In this document: one piece after another, positions 8,355 through 16,911 of the stretch
How positions within the stretch are numbered: the first letter of the stretch is position 1
How the letters are laid out: every line of letters starts with the position of its first letter
From: a virus
Lineage: Duplodnaviria > Caudoviricetes
DNA length: 37,644 nt
IMG/VR virus record: IMGVR_UViG_3300030372_000318
Location: 1-37,644 of that record
Reading direction: 5' to 3' (one strand)
Program-made: the position numbers and the translations under genes
The notes under the pieces: model-generated
Databases searched by the model: none
Seen by the model: only the letters and a program-made list of their open reading frames with translations
Told to the model about the DNA's origin: nothing

Positions 8355-11300
8355 TTATTTTCCTGTACCTTTCTTACCTGTTATCAAACCTCTTAAGAAA
8401 TCAATTGGTCCTTTAGGAGTAACATCACCACGTTGTATATCTTTTAAATATCCTAATGTTCTGCCTATTGGAGTAAGTGGAATACCAGACGACAAAGTTG
8501 CCATAGTAAATAAATCTCTAATTTGTTTACCTTTTATTCCTTCTGGACCTTCTTGCCATAATGTACTTGGCACATTAAATATTGAACGAAGTGAATCTTG
8601 CAAAGTTTCAATACTTGGGCTGTTTACTATATCATCATCCCAAGGTTTATTGTTATATTGATTAATTGGTATTAAAGCAAGTTGACCTGCAACCGGAATT
8701 AAACCTACTGTGTAATCAGCAACATCTCCAAAAGCAGCTTTTACCATATCGTCAAATATATATCCATCATCATTTTCGTCTTCTATTCTGCCACCTAAAC
8801 CTCTCATAATAATACCTGCTACAATTGCCGGCAAAATTACAGTATATAAATACATATAAAATATTTGCTCAGTACCTTTGCCTTTATTTTTAAAACCTAA
8901 ATCATCTTTTGCTAATTTCTGATATTGAGTAAAACCTAAATTTGCAATCATATTAAAATAACCAGTAAATTGTGTCAATGCTTGTACTAATGGATTCATG
9001 TTTTGGAATGCTGCTCTGTCTTCTGGCAATAAACTATCTTGCGTCATACGCACATTTGCATCTGCTTGTTTTATTGCTTCTTTCATAACTTCTGCATCAC
9101 TCATGTTTGAAGGCATATCTTCATGTACTTGGTTATAAGTTCCTATCCAAACAATAGAATCTACCACTCCTTGAGTTGCTTGTTGTATAAAATATCCATG
9201 ATGTTTGCCCCAAGCTTGTGCTTTTTGAAATTTATTAGGATTAATAATTAATTCATTTAATCTATCTTGTATATCAAATATCAAATTTTGTTGTCTATCT
9301 GCCATAAAAGGTGATGCTGCTGCAATCATTTGATTTGTTCCTTCTCTATCTCTCATATATTTAAATAAACCAGTTTTTAAATGTCTTGGTTTTACTTTTA
9401 TTAATGCAGGGAACAAACCTGTAAGCTGTTGAAGTGCGTTGCTTATATTGGCAAACATAATGCCGATACCTGTTCTTCGTATAATAGTTTTTACGACACG
9501 GTCAAATCTTGCACCAAATCCAGAAGGTGCATATGTTTTTTGACTTGCTGCTGATTGTAACCAAGGAATTATCATTTCATCTTTGATATGCGGATCAATA
9601 ATTTCTAATTTTTTTGTAAAGTCTTTATCATTTATAATTTTTAAAAGATCGTTCAATACTGGTTGCACATAAGAATAACGTAATGTGTCATCAATATGTT
9701 TTGTCATAAAACCTAAATGCAATGATAAAGGTTGATAAAAAGTTTCAACACGTTGTTTAGTCATGCCGTCTTTAACTTTTGGTAATGAATTTTTAAATTC
9801 CATTTTCATAGCAGTTATTTCTTCTTTTAAATCAACTTTCGTCATATTAGGATCACCTTTAGCAGGTACATATCCACCTCTATATTCACCAAATCTGTTT
9901 AATATAGGTCTTGCTTTTTGTACTTTAAAATAATATCCTTCAGTTTCTTTATGTGCTTTTTGTAGAAGAGGTAACATTTTTTCATTTAGATCCCATACTG
10001 CCTGTATAAAATCATAATCATTTTTAGTTAAGATTCCTTCGTTTTTCATTCGTGTTTCAAACGCATCCCATTGTGTTCTATCTAACGATCCGTCTTCGTT
10101 TAATTTTCCCCATCCTCTACCTAATAACAATTTTGTTAAATTACTATCATTTCCAGTATGTAACATAGCTCCTAGCAATTCGACTTTACCTCTGCCATTA
10201 CTTTGTGATCCAAATGTATATGGTCTAGAACTTTCTTGTACCATTGCAAATTCATTTGCAACTATAGTTTCCTTACCAAAATCAACAGAGTTAACTAAAT
10301 CAGAATATTCTTTTGTAAATATAGTTTGTGCTTGCCTGTATTGATCCAATGTCGATTTCATTGGATACCACAAAAGATTATAAAAATCACCTAACTTTCC
10401 ACCTTCTAATTCTAATACTGCTGATCCAATACCTTTCTTTAAATTACTTGCACCATCCATCATGTCAGCCCAAGGTTCAAAACGTCTTAATTTTGCACCT
10501 GATTCTAAAAAGAATTTATTTAATTGATATAAAAATGTGTCAGGAACTGCTTCTGTTGTACCTTCTGGCGTGTCTCTTCTTTCTCTTAATTTCTTACTCC
10601 TTTCAATTATTACATCTTGTCGATTATTTAATTTATCAATAGCTATTTGTTTATCTATTAATTGACCTTCAACTCTTATTTGGTTGACACGAAGTGATTG
10701 ATACCATAGTGATTCAATTAAACTATCAAAACTTTGAAATTCTTCGTATGTTAAATCTTTAAAATCTTGTTTAGACTTTGTTGCTCGTGCATTTAAAATC
10801 ATTGGTTCTAATTCTGTATATAACTCTGGGTCGTATTTTCTTAAGTTTTCTATGTATACTTCTGCATTTTCAACTGTAGGGCCAAATCCATAGGACGATA
10901 AAATTACACGTCCTGCATCTATGAAATCTGGTTCTCTTTGATACTTGCCTTTTTTAGTTAATTGTTTATCTGTTTTTTTAAAGAAATTCTTTTTATAATT
11001 TTTAATTGCTTTATCAAATTCTTTATGTATTTCTATAGATTCTTTTGCTAATTGATTGTTTATTAATTGAGAGCGTTTTGCTTTTATTGCAGCTTTTGTA
11101 TCTCCTTTTTTCATGGCTGCTTCAGCTTCTTTTAATGCTCTAGCTTCAGCACGAGTAAATTCTGATGGTCTTATTTCTTTTAATTTTTTATCTGCTAATA
11201 CATCTTTTGCAACTTGTCTTGCTGCTTCAACTTGAAAACGTACTGGACGCATTGCTTTAGCTAAAGTGTTTAGCTCTACAGCTACAAATCTTGCTCTTGC

Positions 11301-14300
11301 TTCATTATGTATGGCATCTATAATTTGCAATTCTTGTTGTTGTGGATTTACTAAATCACTATGTAGCTCTAACATACGTTGTTGCGTACGTTCCGTTATA
11401 GCTTCTTTAATTGGTTGTAATGTAAGTAATGTATCTATCATTGATAACGCATCTGAAAATTCAAACAGTTCCGCAACAAGATTTACATCTAAACCTTCTT
11501 TATCAAGATACCCACGTTTACCTGTACCTAATTCTTTAATTTCTGCCTTTTGTAAAACTTCATCATAAAAAGGAATTAATTTTTTATAACTATCTATTGA
11601 TATTTTATGATTGCCTTCGACTTTAACAGTTTCACCTTTATCATTAACAGTTTCACCACGTTGTAAAAACATATGTAATTTGTATCTTTTATTTTGTAAA
11701 ACTTCTTTAGTAGCTATAGCTTCTTCTTGTTTATATAATTTATTTATTTTTCTATCTATTTCTTTTTGTATTTTTGGCATTTTCTTTCTTATCCAACGCA
11801 CCTGTTTCATACTGTCTAATGTCATTATTTCTAATGTTTCCTCTTCTGCTTCGTCTAACGCTGCTGTATATTCTGCCCATTCCGCATCATTCATACCGCT
11901 TTGTTCTTGTGTTTGGAACATAGCTTTTAACTCATATATTTGTTCTGCTTGTACTATTTGTTCATTAGTAGCCAACATCCGATCCATAACGCTTCTAACT
12001 TCATTAGTTAGAATTGGTAAATCTTTACCAGTTTCACGTTTATATAATTCGTTTAATCTTGTACTAACATCTTGATAAACTTCTTTTATAAAGTTTGCAA
12101 ATTTTCTAAATACATTTTGTAATTCTTTACTTGGTGCTTTCTTTTTTGCATCAAATAAATATAGTTCAAAATTATAAGCAAAGGCTTCGTGATATTCTCT
12201 TTTTTGATTTATATCAAAATTTTGCCATGTTTCTAAATCTTTTACACCCCAGAATTTTAAAAGGGTATTAAAATCAGCAATTAAATCTGGTGGAGCATTA
12301 TCAGTTGCAACTATATTTTCTAGAACAGTTAGCATATAGTGCGCTGTCTCATGTGCAAACGTAGAAAAATCTGCTTCTTGAGTTAATAAGGTTGTTAAAG
12401 TAGTTGGCTCAAACCTTCCTCGTGGACCTTTAGACGTTTGCTGCTCAAAAGATTCTTCTGTTTTTACTTGAACAGAGCCTCCAGCAGTTCCAACTGAGAG
12501 TCTGTAATCTCTTCGTCCGTTAGGGAATTCATCATCGAGACTAAGTCTAGAAGGGTCGATCCTGATGGCAACTGCTGTATTGCCATAGCCAGTATCTGCG
12601 ATAGCTCTGGTGGTAACGTAGACATCAGGTTCTCCAGCACTTCTGAGTTCACCTGTAGCTCTGATTCGTTCTGCTGATTTTCTGTCGGTGTGGTGGTAGA
12701 CGGTAACTGTTCCGTCTGGGTTGAGGGGAAGTCCTGTGGTTTCGTCAATGTTTTCTTGTTGTTGGAAAGTATCAATCTCTCGTACCTGTCCAGATCCTCC
12801 AACATCTCGTTGTGTGTCTCCTGATTGCTCCTCGGATTGTACTGATAACTCATTGTCTACCTCCTGTATTGTGGCTTGTATGTCGCTTTCTGGTATCCCC
12901 ATTGTAGCAACTAAATTTGCAGCAGCATTTGCGTAATCAGGTGCTGCGTTATCTTCGTAACCTGTTTCTACTACTGTTTCCTTAAGTTTTGCAGTATCAT
13001 ATAATTTTTTTTCTGGATACCACATTAATGCCTGTAAATCTGCCATTGTTAAATCTGGATTCTGTTGTTGCAGTACTGGCAATACTTGTCCAAAAATCTT
13101 TTCTATAAATCTTCTTTCTGGTGGTCCTTTAGGCTGTTCTTTTTGACCATCTAAATACCCTGCTAATGAATTACCTGCCCTACGAATTTCATCTCCAATA
13201 CTTACTCTAAGTTCACCTTTTATAGGTTTGCCTTTAATGTTTGTTATTACTTCATCAATATTGTTATCAGGTTGTATTAATGCTATTTCTGCCATTAAAT
13301 CACGATTTGCAGGTATGGTTGTTCTAGTTTCGATTCTTTTTGCAACCGCATCTAAATCACCTAAAGTCAGTTTTCTTCCAAGAATTGTTTCAAATGCTTT
13401 TTTTTGTTCTTTAGTTAAAGCTTTTATATATTGTTTTAATTGCTCACGTTTATTTTTAGCTTGTTTTGTATAGTCAGTAACTAGCGTACCTGTCATTCGA
13501 CCCCATGTACGCATAGCCCATCTATCTAAAGTTAATTGTTCATAGTTGCCATATAGATTTGCAAAAAAACCATTACCAATTTTTGGCCCTATAACAGCAG
13601 CACCATATACTATTTCTGTTTTCCCAAAATCTTTTATTTCTACTCCGGTATATGTTTCAACTTCTTTTACTGTATGTGTTGTACTCATAAATTTCTCAAC
13701 GTCTTCTACACCATTTTTTTCAATTAATTTATTTATAAGTTTAAAACTTTTTGTCATTGCACGACCTGCTTTGCCTTGTCCATAAGGTGTTGGAAAAACA
13801 CCGTTTTGTTTCCAATAACTGTAGATATCTTCTGCTAGTTCAAAGTTTTTATTTACATTTATACCGTTAGATGAAGTTGCTAATGCCCAAGTAAAAGCAA
13901 AATTTGACGCTGCATCGGTAGTTAATTCTGGATGTATTTTTGCTAATAACCTTTTAGCTTTTGTAACTTTTTCGTTGTACCAACCTATTGCGTTTGGATT
14001 TTCTTGTAAAGCGTATTGAGCATCTGCTAATAATGTTTTTACAAGATATTTTTCTGTCTCAACACTACTATCTGACAAATCAACTCTTGCTCTTTTAGCA
14101 GCAGCTAGTATACGTTTTTGGATTTCAACTTTAAAATCTTTAATAGTTCCAAAAGGTTTGCTACTTGCAAAATCAAAATTTTCTACAATTCTTGCTAATT
14201 GGTATACCTCTTCTGATACTGGTTTACCTTTTTTTTGTGTCGCTTTTTGTTCAAAAAATTCTAATGCTTGTTGCTCATATATATTATTTATTTCATTAGA

Positions 14301-16910
14301 CCAATTACCATTATTGTCTACTGACTTAACACCATTAACGTCAAAAATGACTACTTCTACAACTTCACCTGCATCGCTTTTAACTATTACGCCATCATGG
14401 CCTTCTGCTATTAATTTATCTCTATAATTATCTGCTGCTGTTCTACCGCCTTGTTTTATATCACGTTTTATTTTTCTTAAATCTTCTATCTTTGGATTTT
14501 CTAAACGTGCATATAACTTCAGTACTTTTTTCTCTCCTTTTACTCTAATACTTTTCTTTTCTGCATAATGTTTTGCCAACCCTAAATCAGGAGTCAAATA
14601 AACACCAGTACCTGCAAAACCTGTGTCATACCTATTAGGATGATCAAGGTCAAAATAGTCAAAACTATTAATAGTTCCGTGGTACATAACTTGAGGTGTA
14701 CCATCGGGATTAATTAATTTAGATTTTCTAAACCAATTTTTAAATAATTGTGTATCAGTTTTAATTGTGCCGTCTTGATTAAAAAATTGTTTTGTGAAAG
14801 TTTTTCTATCTCTTGTATCTTTTTGAATGTTGTATTGGAATTGATTTATAAATTCTAATGGTGTAATACCTAAACGCTTAGCAAAAGTTGCTGCAAATGC
14901 TTGTGGCAATGCTGCCATGTCTCGTGCATCTGCCGGCTTATACCCTGCATCTCGCAATTGTTTTGCAATTTGTCTTTTAACTGCTTTAGATTCACTTTGA
15001 AATTCAAGCAAATTAATTTTTGCTTTATTTGTTTCTTCTCTCACAGCAGCTAAAAGTTCTGGTTGTTGTTTAAAAAACTCCATCATTTCTGTTTGGCTAT
15101 ATTCTTTCTCACCAATTTTCAAATGTGGAAATAATGAATTACCTAAATTTGTACCAGAAATTTCTGCTATATATTTACCGGCAGGTATTTTTATAAGTTT
15201 ACCCACTGTTCCTTCTTTAGCTGCATCTTCTAATTGTTTAACAACATCTGGAGAAAACATTTCTAATTGTCCTTCAGTTATTTGATTGTTATCTAACTCT
15301 TGTTTAAATGTATTTACGTCAAAATAAAAATCCGTTATACCTGACTTATCTGCTAATGCCTGTGCGTAATTTCCATATTTATCTGGGCTTCTTTGTTTTG
15401 TTTTGTCATTTTTAGATATTTGCGTTAATTTTTCTAATACAGAAGTTGTATTTCTAGCTTTAACTGCTTTATTGAAATTAGTTCTATAAGTCATTCCCGG
15501 TCCTATTAATCCAAATATGACCATACCTTTCATGGTTTCTGTTAATGTGTTCCATAATCTCAATAATCCTTCCTTAGTACCTATTGTTTCTATTTCTTCT
15601 TGACTCATATCAGCAAACAAGTTTACACCTGTTATTGCTATTAATTCTTGTGCAAATTCTTGACCAGTTTCTGTACCTAAAACAACTACATAATCTTTAA
15701 TAAATTCTCTATTAATAAAATTCCATGTAAGTTTTTTTCCATTTTTACTAAGTGCATTTTTAGAAATTTCTCTAGAAAATTTATTTTTAAAAATTTTTGC
15801 TAACCCAGAACGAGCAAACATATCTTTTACTCCCGGTACTGCCTTTAAATATCTAGGTCCAATAAGACTTAAACCATATCTTTCTATAAAAGCATTAGCT
15901 GTACCTACAGCATTTGCTTTCAAAAAAGCTTCATTCATTGTATAACCTCTTTCTCTTAGCTCTAACCATGAATGACCAGACTCAACTAATTGTGTATCAA
16001 GAGCTAATTTATTAGAAAAAGCATTCCAACCAGTAAACAAACCTACAAAATTACCAATTGTACCTCCTATAAATGCTCCTACTGCTTCACCACCAATCAT
16101 TATTGGTCCATCAGGAATAAAAAAACCTGCACCTGTGCCAATTTTTGTGCCAAACCAAGTGCTTGCTTTCCATGTTCCTAGTCCTGTTAACGCAGCTTCT
16201 GGTATTGCAGAACCCCATTGACCTGCAAAGTAACCAAAACCTTCAACAAAACCAACGCCATCTGCGTCATATTTTTGTATTGTTTCACTTATTTCTTTAA
16301 GTCTTGCAAAATCTTCTTTGTCTTGGTCAGTTGGCACATAATCAGGATTAAAACCTGTTTCAAAATCTACTATTTCTACACCTCTATGCATTAATTCGTT
16401 GGCTAACAAACCCATTTCTCTGCTTAAATGACCTTTATGTAAGCCTTGCCATCCATCTCTTGGTATATCAATTATAGTTTCCCATAGGTTTTCATTTTGG
16501 ACTAAGTTTGGAATATTGTCATGTGCTATGGCTGCAAAATTAGGATCATTTAATTGCCTTGCTAAAACAGGGTTTAACATAGACAATTGTCTAGCTTTTA
16601 TATTTTGTTGTCTAACTTTATTTTTTAAATATTCTAATGATTGGGAACTATCTAATATCATTCCTTCAGGAAGACCTAATTTATTAGATAAAGTTAGTGC
16701 TTCTCCAACTAAATTTGGATCTTTTTGTGCTGCGGATTCTAATAAAATTTTTAATTTATTATCATTTTGTTTTGCGTCTGCCTGATAATACCTATCAAAA
16801 ACATTTGAGTTTTCTCCCAGATTTTGTCGTGAACGATAAGCGTTGTTGCCAATGTCAGACATTTCATTGTTAGCATTATAAAATGAATCAAATGGATTAG
16901 AATTTGTCAT
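8355..16910 (-). CDS. Giant internal virion / DNA-ejection protein (Bbp10-like position) with polyvalent cargo domains: two ART-like, HhH glycosylase-like, HExxH peptidase
   Basis: 2851 aa; third gene after tail tube B; motifs MYHGT…GVYLT…GHDGVI, GPKIG…TLDRW…DLQALMW, TVYHHT…VYVTT, FAHETAH; hydrophobic Gly-rich segments near both ends. Confidence 0.85.
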   Translation of the reverse strand: MTNSNPFDSFYNANNEMSDIGNNAYRSRQNLGENSNVFDRYYQADAKQNDNKLKILLESAAQKDPNLVGEALTLSNKLGLPEGMILDSSQSLEYLKNKVRQQNIKARQLSMLNPVLARQLNDPNFAAIAHDNIPNLVQNENLWETIIDIPRDGWQGLHKGHLSREMGLLANELMHRGVEIVDFETGFNPDYVPTDQDKEDFARLKEISETIQKYDADGVGFVEGFGYFAGQWGSAIPEAALTGLGTWKASTWFGTKIGTGAGFFIPDGPIMIGGEAVGAFIGGTIGNFVGLFTGWNAFSNKLALDTQLVESGHSWLELRERGYTMNEAFLKANAVGTANAFIERYGLSLIGPRYLKAVPGVKDMFARSGLAKIFKNKFSREISKNALSKNGKKLTWNFINREFIKDYVVVLGTETGQEFAQELIAITGVNLFADMSQEEIETIGTKEGLLRLWNTLTETMKGMVIFGLIGPGMTYRTNFNKAVKARNTTSVLEKLTQISKNDKTKQRSPDKYGNYAQALADKSGITDFYFDVNTFKQELDNNQITEGQLEMFSPDVVKQLEDAAKEGTVGKLIKIPAGKYIAEISGTNLGNSLFPHLKIGEKEYSQTEMMEFFKQQPELLAAVREETNKAKINLLEFQSESKAVKRQIAKQLRDAGYKPADARDMAALPQAFAATFAKRLGITPLEFINQFQYNIQKDTRDRKTFTKQFFNQDGTIKTDTQLFKNWFRKSKLINPDGTPQVMYHGTINSFDYFDLDHPNRYDTGFAGTGVYLTPDLGLAKHYAEKKSIRVKGEKKVLKLYARLENPKIEDLRKIKRDIKQGGRTAADNYRDKLIAEGHDGVIVKSDAGEVVEVVIFDVNGVKSVDNNGNWSNEINNIYEQQALEFFEQKATQKKGKPVSEEVYQLARIVENFDFASSKPFGTIKDFKVEIQKRILAAAKRARVDLSDSSVETEKYLVKTLLADAQYALQENPNAIGWYNEKVTKAKRLLAKIHPELTTDAASNFAFTWALATSSNGINVNKNFELAEDIYSYWKQNGVFPTPYGQGKAGRAMTKSFKLINKLIEKNGVEDVEKFMSTTHTVKEVETYTGVEIKDFGKTEIVYGAAVIGPKIGNGFFANLYGNYEQLTLDRWAMRTWGRMTGTLVTDYTKQAKNKREQLKQYIKALTKEQKKAFETILGRKLTLGDLDAVAKRIETRTTIPANRDLMAEIALIQPDNNIDEVITNIKGKPIKGELRVSIGDEIRRAGNSLAGYLDGQKEQPKGPPERRFIEKIFGQVLPVLQQQNPDLTMADLQALMWYPEKKLYDTAKLKETVVETGYEDNAAPDYANAAANLVATMGIPESDIQATIQEVDNELSVQSEEQSGDTQRDVGGSGQVREIDTFQQQENIDETTGLPLNPDGTVTVYHHTDRKSAERIRATGELRSAGEPDVYVTTRAIADTGYGNTAVAIRIDPSRLSLDDEFPNGRRDYRLSVGTAGGSVQVKTEESFEQQTSKGPRGRFEPTTLTTLLTQEADFSTFAHETAHYMLTVLENIVATDNAPPDLIADFNTLLKFWGVKDLETWQNFDINQKREYHEAFAYNFELYLFDAKKKAPSKELQNVFRKFANFIKEVYQDVSTRLNELYKRETGKDLPILTNEVRSVMDRMLATNEQIVQAEQIYELKAMFQTQEQSGMNDAEWAEYTAALDEAEEETLEIMTLDSMKQVRWIRKKMPKIQKEIDRKINKLYKQEEAIATKEVLQNKRYKLHMFLQRGETVNDKGETVKVEGNHKISIDSYKKLIPFYDEVLQKAEIKELGTGKRGYLDKEGLDVNLVAELFEFSDALSMIDTLLTLQPIKEAITERTQQRMLELHSDLVNPQQQELQIIDAIHNEARARFVAVELNTLAKAMRPVRFQVEAARQVAKDVLADKKLKEIRPSEFTRAEARALKEAEAAMKKGDTKAAIKAKRSQLINNQLAKESIEIHKEFDKAIKNYKKNFFKKTDKQLTKKGKYQREPDFIDAGRVILSSYGFGPTVENAEVYIENLRKYDPELYTELEPMILNARATKSKQDFKDLTYEEFQSFDSLIESLWYQSLRVNQIRVEGQLIDKQIAIDKLNNRQDVIIERSKKLRERRDTPEGTTEAVPDTFLYQLNKFFLESGAKLRRFEPWADMMDGASNLKKGIGSAVLELEGGKLGDFYNLLWYPMKSTLDQYRQAQTIFTKEYSDLVNSVDFGKETIVANEFAMVQESSRPYTFGSQSNGRGKVELLGAMLHTGNDSNLTKLLLGRGWGKLNEDGSLDRTQWDAFETRMKNEGILTKNDYDFIQAVWDLNEKMLPLLQKAHKETEGYYFKVQKARPILNRFGEYRGGYVPAKGDPNMTKVDLKEEITAMKMEFKNSLPKVKDGMTKQRVETFYQPLSLHLGFMTKHIDDTLRYSYVQPVLNDLLKIINDKDFTKKLEIIDPHIKDEMIIPWLQSAASQKTYAPSGFGARFDRVVKTIIRRTGIGIMFANISNALQQLTGLFPALIKVKPRHLKTGLFKYMRDREGTNQMIAAASPFMADRQQNLIFDIQDRLNELIINPNKFQKAQAWGKHHGYFIQQATQGVVDSIVWIGTYNQVHEDMPSNMSDAEVMKEAIKQADANVRMTQDSLLPEDRAAFQNMNPLVQALTQFTGYFNMIANLGFTQYQKLAKDDLGFKNKGKGTEQIFYMYLYTVILPAIVAGIIMRGLGGRIEDENDDGYIFDDMVKAAFGDVADYTVGLIPVAGQLALIPINQYNNKPWDDDIVNSPSIETLQDSLRSIFNVPSTLWQEGPEGIKGKQIRDLFTMATLSSGIPLTPIGRTLGYLKDIQRGDVTPKGPIDFLRGLITGKKGTGK
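12464..12853 (-). CDS. Nested +1-frame gene, acidic helical protein; candidate immunity/antitoxin for the overlapping ART-like domain
   Basis: 129 codons; AGGAGG 6 nt upstream of ATG (CAGGAGGTAGACAATG); host-frame codons shift to C/T endings that avoid +1 stops; stop falls at the end of the ART domain. Confidence 0.7.
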   Translation of the reverse strand: MSYQYNPRSNQETHNEMLEDLDRYERLILSNNKKTLTKPQDFPSTQTEQLPSTTTPTENQQNESELQVNSEVLENLMSTLPPELSQILAMAIQQLPSGSTLLDLVSMMNSLTDEEITDSQLELLEALFK

Positions 16911-16911
16911 A

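Noticed and set aside
14270-14760. A second nested gene over ART-like domain 1
   Set aside because: No alternative same-strand ORF of 60 aa or more in the track, a +1 stop (TTA-A junction) near the domain start, and no GC shift.
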